Source: Bacteroidales bacterium
GTDB taxonomy: Bacteria; Bacteroidota; Bacteroidia; Bacteroidales; WCHB1-69
Direction: 5' to 3'
NCBI GenBank assembly: GCA_045132235.1
Contig: JBGURX010000026.1
Span: 18,175-82,174 of the forward strand
DNA length: 64,000 bases
Shown here: positions 11,468-21,652 of the stretch, piece after piece
Layout of the letters: each line of letters begins with the position of its first letter
Numbering within the stretch: the stretch's first letter is position 1
Made by a program: the position numbers and the translations under genes
The notes under the pieces: generated by a model
Databases searched by the model: none
What the model was told of the DNA's origin: nothing
The model's input: the letters and a program-made list of their open reading frames with translations, nothing else

Positions 11468-12081
11468 AATGCGGCAACCCTACGCTGCAACCGCTCCAAA
11501 AACCTCGCCGCGTCGCCGCCGTCCATCTGCACGTGGTGGAACTGGAACGACACGGGCAGCGTGGCCTTGAACCACCTTTTGCGGTACTTGCCCCACATCA
11601 CCATCGGGTTGAGGAACTTGTCGGTGTATTGGTTCACCACGCAGTCGAGCTCGGTCTGGATCATGGCGGAGGTGCCGACAATCATGTAGCCGTCGAGGAA
11701 GCTGCTCTGGCACTCCTCCGCCACTCGGGTGGTCAGCGCCAGGTAGTCGCGGTTGAACTGCTGCAGGTCGGCAGAGAAGGGGATGTCGCATGAGTTGATG
11801 CCGCCCTTGCGGTTGCGCACCACCACGTTGATGGCTATCTGGTCGTAGCGGAACAGTTGGCCGCCCTCGGGCAGCAGGTATAGCTCCTCGGTTTCGGTGG
11901 CCGCCTTGCCGATGCACCAGCACATCAGCGTGTTGAACTTCACGCCGCTCTTCCGGCTGAGCCGCGCCAGACGGCTCACATCCATCGTTTTCACCAAGGT
12001 CACCATCGGCATCGGTGCATTCAGCCACATCTCGAAGGCTAATGCCCGCTTGGTCTCTTCAGGGTTGATTTGTTGTTTCAT
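11464..12081 (-). CDS. CatA-like O-acetyltransferase (chloramphenicol acetyltransferase fold)
   Basis: R..AFE.W...P.P.VT, WGKY....LPVS.QFHHVQMDG. Confidence 0.85.
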   Translation of the reverse strand: MKQQINPEETKRALAFEMWLNAPMPMVTLVKTMDVSRLARLSRKSGVKFNTLMCWCIGKAATETEELYLLPEGGQLFRYDQIAINVVVRNRKGGINSCDIPFSADLQQFNRDYLALTTRVAEECQSSFLDGYMIVGTSAMIQTELDCVVNQYTDKFLNPMVMWGKYRKRWFKATLPVSFQFHHVQMDGGDAARFLERLQRRVAAL

Positions 12082-12145
12082 ATCAATTGTTGAGTGAGGG
12101 GAAAATGTTGTTTATAGGGTTGCAATTGTTGTGTTTTAGTGAATA

Positions 12146-12697
12146 TTATTTGGGAGGTTTCGATTCCCCCGTCTCCACCCGGTGGAACTCCCATGTGTCG
12201 GTGTGGCCGTCAGGATAAGTGTAACTCCATATTAACTCGCTCTCTGTCAGCTTGTCCAAGTGGAACTTGACCTCCCGCGCGATGCCACCGCGTACGTTCC
12301 CGATGATGGTGTTGGCCAGCTCAGTAGCACGATCAGGTTCAAAAAAGTAAACTCCAGCGTTCATTTCCACCACTTCCATGCGGAAACTCTCCTCTATGCC
12401 GGCAAAATAGAAGTCCTCGCCCTCCACGCGCCATCGACTGGGACTGACGTAGTTGAACAGGTATTTAACTTGTCCGCCCACATTCACCACATAAAACTGT
12501 TGTGCAGAATCCAGCGCCGTGCCGTCAGGGTAGAAATCCATCGTGCCGGTCTCGTATGCGGTGATGCGCCCCTCCTTAATGCTGTAGCTCCACCCATGTT
12601 CGTAGGTGTAGTGCCCCACCACCCTGTTGAATGTGTCTTGTGCGGAAAGGAAAAAGGTTGTTGTCAATAAGATGATTGTCAGAAAGATGCGATTCAT
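12146..12697 (-). CDS. secreted hypothetical protein, lipocalin-like beta barrel
   Basis: Signal peptide MNRIFLTIILL; VVGHY...F..DGT...W....KLTESELIW pattern. Confidence 0.6.
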   Translation of the reverse strand: MNRIFLTIILLTTTFFLSAQDTFNRVVGHYTYEHGWSYSIKEGRITAYETGTMDFYPDGTALDSAQQFYVVNVGGQVKYLFNYVSPSRWRVEGEDFYFAGIEESFRMEVVEMNAGVYFFEPDRATELANTIIGNVRGGIAREVKFHLDKLTESELIWSYTYPDGHTDTWEFHRVETGESKPPK

Positions 12698-12740
12698 GGA
12701 TGGGTGTTGTTTTCGGGTTTTTATTTGTTTTAAGCCGAAA

Positions 12741-14177
12741 TTATTTGTGGTTTTCTTCCTCCGTCCTTCTGAAAATCTTGTATCCAATAAAGGCAATGGT
12801 GATGGACATCAGCGGGGAGATGATGTTGAAGAAACAGTAGGGGAGGTACTCCAGCGTTGGGACTTTCAGCACCATCGACTGTGTCATGCCGCAGGTGTTC
12901 CACGGCACCAGCACGGAGGTGACGGTGGCGGAGTCTTCGGTAGAACGGCTCAGCAGGCGCCCTTCGTACCCTTTGTCTTTGTACAGCTGCTTGAAGATGT
13001 TGCCTGTCAGCACGATGCTGAGGTACTGGTCGCCAGTGGCCATGTTGGCAAAGATGCCCGTGCCCACTGTGGAGGTCACCAGCGAGCGGCGGCCGCTGAT
13101 GCCGCGGGCCAGCGCCGCCGTGATGCTCCGCATCATGCCGCCGCCCGTCAGCGCACCGCCAAATGCGGAGGCGCAGAAGATGAGAAACACCGTGCTCAGC
13201 ATTCCCTTCATGCCGCGGGTCTGCACGAGGCTGGTAAGCACGTCGTTGCCGGTGTCGATGGAGGTGCTGCTGTAGTAGGTGAGCATCAGCGCACGGAAGC
13301 TGTTGCCCTCGCCAATCTGCGCCACAATGCCGGGCTGCACCAGCAGCATGACAATGCCTGCCACCAGGGCCGACAGAAACAGGATGATGGCCGCCGGCAG
13401 CCGCAGCGCGATAAGCACCGCCGTGAAGAGCGGCACCAGCAGCAGCCACGGACTGATGACAAAGCTGTTTTGCAGCCCTTCGGCAAACGAGGCCGCCTGC
13501 GTGCTTCCACCGTTGGTGTGTAACAGGCTCGCCACAAGGAAGATGGTCAGGGCGATGACGAACGAGGGGATGGTGGTGATGAGCATGTAGCGGATGTGCG
13601 TGAACAGCGGTACCTCGCCCACCGACGAGGCCAGTACGGTGGTGTCGGAGAGCGGGGAGATCTTGTCGCCGAAGTAGGCGCCCGAGATGATGGCGCCGGC
13701 GGTCCAGCCCACTGAGAAGCCGTGTGCCGTGCCGATGCCGATGAGGGCGATGCCGACGGTGGCCACGGTGGTCCACGAGCTGCCCGTGACGAGCGACACC
13801 AGTGCGCAGATCAGGCAGGCCATGAAGAGGAACAGCGACGGCGTGATGATTTTCATGCCGTAGTAGATCATGGTGGGCACGATGCCGCTCATCATCCAGC
13901 TGCCCGAGATGGCGCCGATGAGGAACAGGATGAGCACGGCGGGACCGATGGTCTTGATGTTGTCGCCGATGGCCTCGTTGATGGTGGTCCACTTCACCTT
14001 GTAGCCGACCATGGCGATGGCCACGGCCACGGCGGCGGCGGCGAGCAGGGCGGTCTGGCTGGCACCGTCGATGGCGTCGGAGCCAAACTGCCGGATGACG
14101 AGCACCTGCAGCGCCACGAGCACGGCAAACGGCACAAGCGCGATGGTCCAGTGTATGCGGGGAGGGGTGGTGTTCAT
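12741..14177 (-). CDS. nhaC: Na+/H+ antiporter NhaC family
   Basis: GSSWTT..TVG, SGAYFGDKISPLSDTT, LSRS.ED..T....LVPW. Confidence 0.92.
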   Translation of the reverse strand: MNTTPPRIHWTIALVPFAVLVALQVLVIRQFGSDAIDGASQTALLAAAAVAVAIAMVGYKVKWTTINEAIGDNIKTIGPAVLILFLIGAISGSWMMSGIVPTMIYYGMKIITPSLFLFMACLICALVSLVTGSSWTTVATVGIALIGIGTAHGFSVGWTAGAIISGAYFGDKISPLSDTTVLASSVGEVPLFTHIRYMLITTIPSFVIALTIFLVASLLHTNGGSTQAASFAEGLQNSFVISPWLLLVPLFTAVLIALRLPAAIILFLSALVAGIVMLLVQPGIVAQIGEGNSFRALMLTYYSSTSIDTGNDVLTSLVQTRGMKGMLSTVFLIFCASAFGGALTGGGMMRSITAALARGISGRRSLVTSTVGTGIFANMATGDQYLSIVLTGNIFKQLYKDKGYEGRLLSRSTEDSATVTSVLVPWNTCGMTQSMVLKVPTLEYLPYCFFNIISPLMSITIAFIGYKIFRRTEEENHK

Positions 14178-14186
14178 ATTTCAGGG

Positions 14187-15695
14187 TTATTCGTTTTCGA
14201 TTTTGGGTAAGAGGAACTGTTCTACCAGCTCCTTGATCCGTTCCTCCGTCAACTTCGAAGGTCCGGTTTCGGTTATCTCGTCGTGTTCCAGAGTGCCCTT
14301 GCGGATGATGTACTTCAACGCCTTGCCGTCGATGGTGGCAAGCAGGTGGTAGTTGCCCTTGAATTGCATCTCCACACGGGCATTTTCAATGCTGTGACCA
14401 GAAGCATCAACGTAGCCTGCTGCGACATCGGCTTCCCCCAGTCCCCATGCATTGAGGTTGTGAGCGAGCGTGTTCTCCACAGCGGAAATCCATCGTCCCA
14501 ACACACCATTCCGTTCGGCAATGGGACGAAATTCCGAAACAGCATCGGCCACTTCATGAATGATGCTTTCTGCCTTGCGGATCCCGTTCTCAGCGGCCAG
14601 TTCCCGGACATCCTCAAGTGTAATGCTCGTGTATTTCCCGTGAATCATCAGGCAATGCTGCGTTTCAGGGAGGAAACCGCCCGTGTTGAAAATGTAGGTC
14701 AAATCGTAAGCAGGGGAAAGCCGCCAGCGCCCCTGTTCATCCATGATGAACGAGAAGTTCTTGTAATGGTCGTCGGTGTTGTTGGCCAAAATGTTGAATG
14801 CCATGCGGCGGAAGACTTCTTCGCAGTCGAGTTCAGAGAGCCGCATCTTGCGGCACACCCACAGCAGGCGCTCGTAGCTGTCGGCTTCGGGATAGAGGGC
14901 GCCCAAGGTCTGAAGATGCAATTTCTTTTCACCGTCACGGTCGAACCTTTGGGTCACGAAATGACGTTCACCTTCAACATCCATCATCCAACACGGCATC
15001 ATTTTTATTCCCGCTTTCGTCGCCATTTCATAGTAGGTCATTTCGAGTTCGGCCGTTGAGCGCTCCTTGATGCCGAATTTCAGGATGCAGTAATCAAATC
15101 CTGTCAGTTCGCCCACCTGTCCGCTGCGGATTTCGCCTGTCTCTCGGTTAATGGCAATGATGGCTTTGGGCTGCCGTCCGCCCGCAGAGGTGCCGACCGC
15201 CATCAATGCCTGCATCGTGAGCGACTGGTCAGGGTCGATGTGCGCATTTTCGCGTTGCGTATAGATTTTGCCTGCCAGCTCAATCAAGGCTTTCAGATTG
15301 ATGTTTTCTTTGGATAAAAAGTTGGAGGTTTCGGGAAAGAATTCCAGTGCTCCCATTGCCCGCCTTCCGATGAACGCCAGCTTGTCGAGCGGGGTAATCT
15401 CTCCCACCTTGATGCCTTGCTGTCTCCGCCATTGCTCAAAGAGCTCGTTTCCCCAAGCATCGGGCAGAGAGTCGGCCAAAAACGGAGGCAGATTTTGGTA
15501 AATCTTCGCCGAAGCGCCATATATCGGTCGCAAGTTCTGCGGCAGTTTGATGGATGCGTCAAGCGGTGAGATGTCGAGGCCTGTTTCTATCCAGTCGCGG
15601 TTGTACTCAAAATAGGGTCGTTTCCGGCGTGGGTCGATGCTCAACCGTCCAACCTCACGGCCCCACAGCATTACTTTCAGTATTTGTGTAGTCAT
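14187..15695 (-). CDS. hipA: HipA family Ser/Thr kinase toxin with C-terminal extension
   Basis: DSLPDAWG, GTSAGGRQPKA, RFDR, NTDDHYKNFSF, LSPAYDL. Confidence 0.93.
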   Translation of the reverse strand: MTTQILKVMLWGREVGRLSIDPRRKRPYFEYNRDWIETGLDISPLDASIKLPQNLRPIYGASAKIYQNLPPFLADSLPDAWGNELFEQWRRQQGIKVGEITPLDKLAFIGRRAMGALEFFPETSNFLSKENINLKALIELAGKIYTQRENAHIDPDQSLTMQALMAVGTSAGGRQPKAIIAINRETGEIRSGQVGELTGFDYCILKFGIKERSTAELEMTYYEMATKAGIKMMPCWMMDVEGERHFVTQRFDRDGEKKLHLQTLGALYPEADSYERLLWVCRKMRLSELDCEEVFRRMAFNILANNTDDHYKNFSFIMDEQGRWRLSPAYDLTYIFNTGGFLPETQHCLMIHGKYTSITLEDVRELAAENGIRKAESIIHEVADAVSEFRPIAERNGVLGRWISAVENTLAHNLNAWGLGEADVAAGYVDASGHSIENARVEMQFKGNYHLLATIDGKALKYIIRKGTLEHDEITETGPSKLTEERIKELVEQFLLPKIENE

Positions 15696-15707
15696 GGCAG
15701 ATTGAAG

Positions 15708-16028
15708 TTATTTGGATTTGGAAGAAGTATGTCGAATGCGTTGGACTTTTTCCCCACTTTCTTTAACAAGATAGGGGGATTCAGGAAGTTCCGGCATCAT
15801 TTCATCAAGACTGTTGATGCAGCCGATGGCCTTCATCAGAAGCAGGAAAGTGCTGAGTGACAGATTCGGTACCCTGCCATTCTCAAATTTGTGGATGGTA
15901 TTCACCGTCAGTCCCGATTGCTCCGCCACCTCCTTCTGCGTCATATTGGAACGCATGCGGTAATCCTTAAAACGGCTGCCCAGCATTTTCACCAACTCAG
16001 GAATCGAATATTCGTAGTAGTCCGCCAT
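15708..16028 (-). CDS. XRE-family HTH antitoxin (HipB-like)
   Basis: MTQKEVAEQSGLTVNTIHKFENG; ends 12 nt upstream of hipA. Confidence 0.88.
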   Translation of the reverse strand: MADYYEYSIPELVKMLGSRFKDYRMRSNMTQKEVAEQSGLTVNTIHKFENGRVPNLSLSTFLLLMKAIGCINSLDEMMPELPESPYLVKESGEKVQRIRHTSSKSK

Positions 16029-16182
16029 ATTCTAATTTATTATAAATTATATGATTAGATAATTTAATAATAAAATTCAGCTATAAATTATCTTGTTATT
16101 GTATTTATCGCGGCAAAAATACAACTTTTTTTAAGAAAAAGCAATAGGGAGAAAAAACTAAAAAAATATTTGGATTCGTGGA

Positions 16183-16770
16183 CTATCTCCGTTTGAACAC
16201 CACCAACTCGGCATCTGCACCGTCCTTGCCGTATTCGCTCACGAGGATGCAGTGTTCGTCGCAAGCGATACCGTAGCAGCGACCGTTCGCACCCTGTTTT
16301 TCGACTTGATTGCCCCAATAAGTGGCATTGTCGTCGAGGAGTTTCACCTTGTTTCCGTTGATGACATACTCCATATTGACGAACGAGCCCTGCAGCACGA
16401 AGAGGTTGTCGATATGCGGCATATCCTTGATTCCCAACGTATTGACCTTATCAATAAGCTGCTGCTTGATGGGCGAGGTGGCGTGCGGCAGCTGGTCGGC
16501 GGGCAGTCGCCAGCGTTTCAGATTTGGGTAATACTGACGCAGGACGTCTTTGTACTCCTCGCGACTGAGGTTTTGACCGGTGTTTTTGTTGTACTCCTCC
16601 ACAAATTGCGCGCAGAATTCCACCATCTCTTCCATGGTGAAGTCGCCGGTGAAGGCACCGTCTTTGTAGCAATAGATGCAGTATTCTTCGTTCTTGCTGC
16701 CGTCGGCGTTCGTGCCGAGGATTTCCGGGGTAAGCGGCATGCCGCAGCTTTGACAAAATTTAGTTTCCAT
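16183..16770 (-). CDS. zinc-ribbon domain protein
   Basis: FCQSCGMPL...YCIYCYKDGAF plus a separate C-terminal domain; ATG at 16770. Confidence 0.85.
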   Translation of the reverse strand: METKFCQSCGMPLTPEILGTNADGSKNEEYCIYCYKDGAFTGDFTMEEMVEFCAQFVEEYNKNTGQNLSREEYKDVLRQYYPNLKRWRLPADQLPHATSPIKQQLIDKVNTLGIKDMPHIDNLFVLQGSFVNMEYVINGNKVKLLDDNATYWGNQVEKQGANGRCYGIACDEHCILVSEYGKDGADAELVVFKRR

Positions 16771-16864
16771 AGTATGAATTGTTTTTAGATAGCAAAAGTA
16801 CGGACTTTTTGAAGAAATCACAAAGGAGGAAATTATTATTTTGTAATCATCACCACACATTGAA

Positions 16865-17248
16865 TCATCTGCAGCATAGCGCAATGATTTTGGGAACGAA
16901 GATGATGAGACCGGTAATCAGAGCGGCCATGGCGCACACCAGGACGGCGGCGGCCCCGAGGTCTTTGATGTCACGTTTCCGGTCATCCCTTTCTGCCTTG
17001 ACAAAATCGGCGGTGCGCTCTAGGGAGGAGTTGATGATCTCAGCCGAAAACACCATCCCGATGACGATGACAACCGCTATCCATTCCATCGGCGAGATGC
17101 GGAAGATGAATCCCATGGCGATGGCGAGCACCGCCGCCGTGGCGTGAATCCACGAGTTGTGCTCCTCGCGGAACAGCACCTTCAATCCCGCAAAGGCATA
17201 AGCGAAACTCTTTATCCGTTTCTTGATGGAGAACTTTTCGTTGTTCAT
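16865..17248 (-). CDS. dgkA: diacylglycerol/undecaprenol kinase
   Basis: SF.YAFAG...E.N..IH, EIINSSLE..D, KDLGAAAV. Confidence 0.9.
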   Translation of the reverse strand: MNNEKFSIKKRIKSFAYAFAGLKVLFREEHNSWIHATAAVLAIAMGFIFRISPMEWIAVVIVIGMVFSAEIINSSLERTADFVKAERDDRKRDIKDLGAAAVLVCAMAALITGLIIFVPKIIALCCR

Positions 17249-17284
17249 GGTTCGTCTGTTTTCGTTCGTTTTAAAGTCATAAAA

Positions 17285-17764
17285 TTAAAACCTCCTCGTT
17301 CTTCGGCAATAATCCTCGTACTCTTCGCCGAAGTCCCGGCGGAGGCGGCGCTCCTCGCTGATGACCTGCGTCATCATGATGGCGAAGAAGAGCACCCACA
17401 CAAGCGCGGCCTGCCAGGTCCACAGCCACACGATGGCGCCGGCGAGGTAGGTGAGCGTGCCGGTGAGCATGGGGTTGCGGTTGAGGCGGTAGGGACCGTC
17501 GGTCATCAGGTGCTGTGTGCGGGGCGCCACCTCGTGCCCGAAAGCGTCCATCGGGTTGCCCTTGCCGCGCCGTTTCATATAGACGATGGTCCATACGCTC
17601 AGCGACAGTCCGCCCAGCATCAGCACGCCGGTGATGGAGGCCCTCAAGGCTCCGATGTGCTCCAGTTTCGGCATCCCCGATGCTAACCACATCACGGTCG
17701 GCATCAGTGCCACAAAAAGAAGTCCGCCAAGGACATAACCGATAATTTCACGCAGTAGTTTCAT
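17285..17764 (-). CDS. isoprenylcysteine carboxylmethyltransferase / PEMT family membrane protein
   Basis: L.TDGPY...RNPM, EE..L...FGEEY..Y. Confidence 0.88.
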   Translation of the reverse strand: MKLLREIIGYVLGGLLFVALMPTVMWLASGMPKLEHIGALRASITGVLMLGGLSLSVWTIVYMKRRGKGNPMDAFGHEVAPRTQHLMTDGPYRLNRNPMLTGTLTYLAGAIVWLWTWQAALVWVLFFAIMMTQVISEERRLRRDFGEEYEDYCRRTRRF

Positions 17765-17795
17765 GGTATAAAAGGTTGAAAGTTACAAGTCTCTT

Positions 17796-19160
17796 TCATA
17801 TGGTTTCCAATTCAGGCAGGATTACGGAGTCCGTGCTATCTTTCTGAAGGAACATACAATAGTAAACAGGCATATATGTCACACCTTTCTTCCGTAGCAC
17901 ACTCCTTTCGTTGGAGAAGACAAGGGCGCGATCAATGCCATATTCCGGCGTATCAAGGAATTTTGTCAAGGCACTGTGTTCAGTGTAGTCTTTACCCGAC
18001 TTCACCTCTATCGGCAATACTTTCAAATGATTGTAATCGTCAATCAGAAAATCCACTTCGCCTTTCTGCTTGTTGTCATAATAATGGAGGTTGAATCCGT
18101 GGGCGTGCAACTCTTGTGCTACCACCGATTCATAAACCGTGCCTAGATTGATGCTTCTGAGATCTTGTAGCACAGCATTGACATTCAGACCATAAAGCAG
18201 ATTTGTCAAAATTCCGACATCGTTCAGGTAAAGTTTGACCAAGCGTTTTTGCTCCGATTCTACCAGAGGGAAGTGTGGGTTGCTGATGGCCAAGACCTCC
18301 AATGCCACTCCCGAATTTGACAAGTATTCAAATTCATCTGCATAATCTGTGAAATGCTTGCCGGTCTTATTTTCTATCTTTTTATAGACCATCCGCTTTT
18401 TTTTGTTTTCCAAGTTGCTCGGTATCAAATCATAAATGCGGCGGATTTTCAGTTTGTGCTCCTCATCGTATTGCGAAGCGTCGATACGGTAGAGTTCGTG
18501 AATGTTGTTGTGGATGCCTCGGACACGCACCATATTCCTGTCCTCCAAATAGGTATTGACTGCCTCTGGAAGCCCACCCACTAACAAGTAATACTGAAAA
18601 CGCTTCAACAAAAGATTGTGGGTGGCCTCATCAAGAGATTCTTCGCTTTGATAATGGTGACGGATATTCTCTATCCATTCTTTGTTGATGCCTGTCGCCC
18701 AAAGAAATTCCTCAAAATCAAGAGGATACATTTGCTTGATTTCTACACTGCCGATAGGCACAGATGGCGTTTGCGCCAAGGCTACTCCCAATTGTGAACC
18801 ACTGGCAATAAAACGGTATCGCCCCTCCTGACAAAGAAATTTAAGCATCGTCAGGAGGTGCGGATAGCTCTGTATTTCATCCAAAAAGACCAATGTGTCG
18901 GATTTGTCTCCCAGGGGCTTTGAGTAATAGTTGCTCAAGCGCATATACAAATCGGTAGTCGAATGTACGGTTGAGAACACTCGTTCTCCCTCTTTGTCCT
19001 CTTTGAGATTGATTTCCACAAAATGGTCAAACAACCGGTTGCCCACATAACGGATCAGATAGGATTTTCCAACCTGTCTTGCCCCATTTACCAACAGAAT
19101 TTTATTGTTCTCTTCTCGGAGAAACTGCTCAAGGTATTGAGTGAATTTGCGTTCCAGCAT
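17796..19160 (-). CDS. AAA+ ATPase (AAA_14) with DUF4143 PD-(D/E)XK-like C-terminus
   Basis: GARQVGKS, FLDEIQ, MYPLDFEEFL, GGLPE, KLYLNDVG, GEVDF..PIEVKSG. Confidence 0.9.
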   Translation of the reverse strand: MLERKFTQYLEQFLREENNKILLVNGARQVGKSYLIRYVGNRLFDHFVEINLKEDKEGERVFSTVHSTTDLYMRLSNYYSKPLGDKSDTLVFLDEIQSYPHLLTMLKFLCQEGRYRFIASGSQLGVALAQTPSVPIGSVEIKQMYPLDFEEFLWATGINKEWIENIRHHYQSEESLDEATHNLLLKRFQYYLLVGGLPEAVNTYLEDRNMVRVRGIHNNIHELYRIDASQYDEEHKLKIRRIYDLIPSNLENKKKRMVYKKIENKTGKHFTDYADEFEYLSNSGVALEVLAISNPHFPLVESEQKRLVKLYLNDVGILTNLLYGLNVNAVLQDLRSINLGTVYESVVAQELHAHGFNLHYYDNKQKGEVDFLIDDYNHLKVLPIEVKSGKDYTEHSALTKFLDTPEYGIDRALVFSNERSVLRKKGVTYMPVYYCMFLQKDSTDSVILPELETI

Positions 19161-19256
19161 AAATTACTATTCTTGTAAAAACGGTGCAAAAATACAACTT
19201 TTTTCAGAGATTTCCACTTATTCCATATTTTCCACCCGTAAAAACACCACTTATTC

Positions 19257-19943
19257 CTATTGAGTGAGTCGCTTGCTAGTTCGGGGCCTTCTGGTCATGG
19301 TTTTCCTTAGCTGCCACTGGTTCTTCCCCACATGGTCGTAAATGCGAATCCTCACCCGTCCCGTGCCGGCAGGAAAGTATTGTGTAACACACTCTTTGGT
19401 GTAAAGGGTGCTTCGTTCGTTGTCCTTCAGCTCCTCAAACTCCACTTTCGCCATCCTATGCGATTTCAAATAACATTGAACTTTTATGTGGCACGGCTTC
19501 AGAACAGCGCTGGGCACTTTGCCGGGGTTCTCCAGTATGCACATGGGTTCAAGATTGACATCCAGTAAAACATCTGTGTTAGAAAATTCACAGTTCGCGA
19601 TAATGATTGTTGTTTGATAGCTGATGTCATCATTGATATTGAAAGTGCCTGCTTTGTCTTGATTGAAACGGACAGCATATTGGCCAGAGCGGATGTCCTC
19701 AATCATATAGCGCCCCATGGTATCGGTTCGCGTGGTAGCAATCAATGTGGCCTTTTCGTCATCAAATCGGGAACTGCCGTCATCGGTGAAGAGTTCAACA
19801 GACACCTCGCTCAAAGGTTGTCCCCACGGATTGGCGACAATTCCGCTGAGTGTTCCCTGGGCGGAAAGGGAGCTTGTTACCATGAGAATCAGGATTATCA
19901 GTAATGAAAGGTTTCTGATGGATGGTAGGAAAGGACTTTTCAT
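19257..19943 (-). CDS. secreted protein with carboxypeptidase regulatory-like domain
   Basis: Signal peptide; GTLSGIV...GQPL..VSV...TRTD..GRY.I..I..GQY. Confidence 0.7.
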   Translation of the reverse strand: MKSPFLPSIRNLSLLIILILMVTSSLSAQGTLSGIVANPWGQPLSEVSVELFTDDGSSRFDDEKATLIATTRTDTMGRYMIEDIRSGQYAVRFNQDKAGTFNINDDISYQTTIIIANCEFSNTDVLLDVNLEPMCILENPGKVPSAVLKPCHIKVQCYLKSHRMAKVEFEELKDNERSTLYTKECVTQYFPAGTGRVRIRIYDHVGKNQWQLRKTMTRRPRTSKRLTQ

Positions 19944-20011
19944 GTCTGCTGAGTTAAAATTCACATGCAACATGGGATTGATATTATTAGCTGCAAAAAT
20001 ACAACTATTTG

Positions 20012-20061
20012 GCAGAAATTTATCCCTTCACAGCAGAAATTTATCCCTTCACAGCAGAAAT
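20012..20061. repeat. 21-bp tandem direct repeat in a divergent promoter region
   Basis: GCAGAAATTTATCCCTTCACA x2 followed by GCAGAAAT. Confidence 0.85.
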
Positions 20062-20116
20062 GTGAACCCTCACTATCTTTTTTTTCTTATTTTTGCATGT
20101 TCAAATTCAGGGTCAC

Positions 20117-21640
20117 ATGAAACGTATCTCACTTTTTCTTTTCGCTTTGTTTTGTGTTTTTTCAATGAAATCGGTAGCGCAAAACGAGAGCACCGTCATC
20201 CCGTTTGCGAACAGCGGTTTTGAAAACTGGTCCACGGGCAACGGCTACAATGTCACCGTGCTGTTTTTCTCGTTGCCTGTGTATGGCAGCTACACCTATC
20301 CGACAGACTGGAACTATCCGTCGTATCCCGTGAACGAGACCCTCGACTACAACGGCATGAGTGTCAATGTAAACACCAACCTCCCACTGCTGAAAGTGGA
20401 GGATGTGACCGATGCGGTGCAGGAGGGCTCCCATGCACTCAGGATGCAAAGTTTCATGCTCTCCGACATTATCAATTCCACCGTGTATGGCCTGGCCCAA
20501 GGCAATTTGGATTCATCGCTCACAACCATGGTCTTTCCCACGGTGTTGTCCACGGGGCAGGTGGACATTGACCAGCTGCTGCCCCTGTTGGAAGAATTTT
20601 CCGACAACCTCGACAGCCTCTCCCATCTGATGACCGTTTTCGAGGATATGGATCTCAATGTCTTGATTAACGGTGGCATTCCGTTGAATGGTGAGAATCC
20701 GGGACGGCTGACTGGATATTACAAATATACCTCCGCAGTCGGCGGCGACAACGGAGGTATTCTGATTCTGGGTTCCAAGTACAATCCCGCCACGCAGCGG
20801 CGCGAGGTGGTGGGCGGCGGCTATACCACGGCGCTGACGGATGTTTCCACTTATACTCCTTTTGAGTTGGAATACAGCCCCCTCTCCGAAATCGACACGA
20901 CCCAACCCTACATAGAAGCTGATTCACTGATCGTGATGATATTCTCGTCGGCCAACGAGGAACCGCAACAGGGCTCGGCCCTCTACCTCGACAACCTTCA
21001 GCTGTGGACTGTCGGCACGCCTGTTATTGAGGACACCACGGCCACCGACACCACTGTTGTTGTGATAGATACCTGCAGTGCGATTTTCGATCTGACGGTC
21101 ATCAGTGTGGACACCACCCACGCCACTCTGAGTTGGAACTACGAGGGCGCTCCAGACCATTTCGAGGCTGAGTTCGGGGAACAGGGCTTTGCGTTGGGCA
21201 GCGGCACTCCCGTCATCGCGGACGACCATACGCTCACCCTGTCGGACCTTGACCCCGACACCGATTACGATGTGTATGTGCGGTGCGTGTGCGACACCTC
21301 GCTCTGGGGCGAGTGGTCCATGGTGACTTTCCACACCGACACTCTGGTACCTCCTGTCATTGACGACACCACGTCCACCGACACCAATGGCATCCATGTC
21401 TATGCCGTTGCCAATTTGCGGGTTTATCCCAACCCCGCGCAGGGATATTGTGTGGTGCAGTTTGACCGCGAGCTGCCCAGCGTGGTTCGGCTTTATTCCA
21501 TCAATGGAGTTCTGCTGATGGAGGCGATTCCCGACAAGGAGCGAATGGAACTGACACTGCCTGCCGAGGGTGTTTTCCTTGTTGTCTGTGAAATGAAAGA
21601 GGGAACAGCGGTGCGGAAAATCGTCAATCTGGGGCGATAA
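20117..21640 (+). CDS. T9SS cargo protein (PCMD/CBM-like domain, Fn3, type A CTD)
   Basis: NSGFENW, LTGYYKY, GSALYLDNL; Fn3 L.PDTDYDVYVR; CTD VYPNPA...G..L.....RKIV. Confidence 0.8.
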   Translation: MKRISLFLFALFCVFSMKSVAQNESTVIPFANSGFENWSTGNGYNVTVLFFSLPVYGSYTYPTDWNYPSYPVNETLDYNGMSVNVNTNLPLLKVEDVTDAVQEGSHALRMQSFMLSDIINSTVYGLAQGNLDSSLTTMVFPTVLSTGQVDIDQLLPLLEEFSDNLDSLSHLMTVFEDMDLNVLINGGIPLNGENPGRLTGYYKYTSAVGGDNGGILILGSKYNPATQRREVVGGGYTTALTDVSTYTPFELEYSPLSEIDTTQPYIEADSLIVMIFSSANEEPQQGSALYLDNLQLWTVGTPVIEDTTATDTTVVVIDTCSAIFDLTVISVDTTHATLSWNYEGAPDHFEAEFGEQGFALGSGTPVIADDHTLTLSDLDPDTDYDVYVRCVCDTSLWGEWSMVTFHTDTLVPPVIDDTTSTDTNGIHVYAVANLRVYPNPAQGYCVVQFDRELPSVVRLYSINGVLLMEAIPDKERMELTLPAEGVFLVVCEMKEGTAVRKIVNLGR

Positions 21641-21652
21641 TCTTGACTTTGT

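Noticed and set aside
11464-12081. Proven chloramphenicol resistance gene
   Set aside because: CAT fold is evident but the sequence is divergent; substrate cannot be assigned from sequence
6208-19943. Classical integron cassette array
   Set aside because: No IntI, no recurring attC-like sites, and many genes have their own promoters
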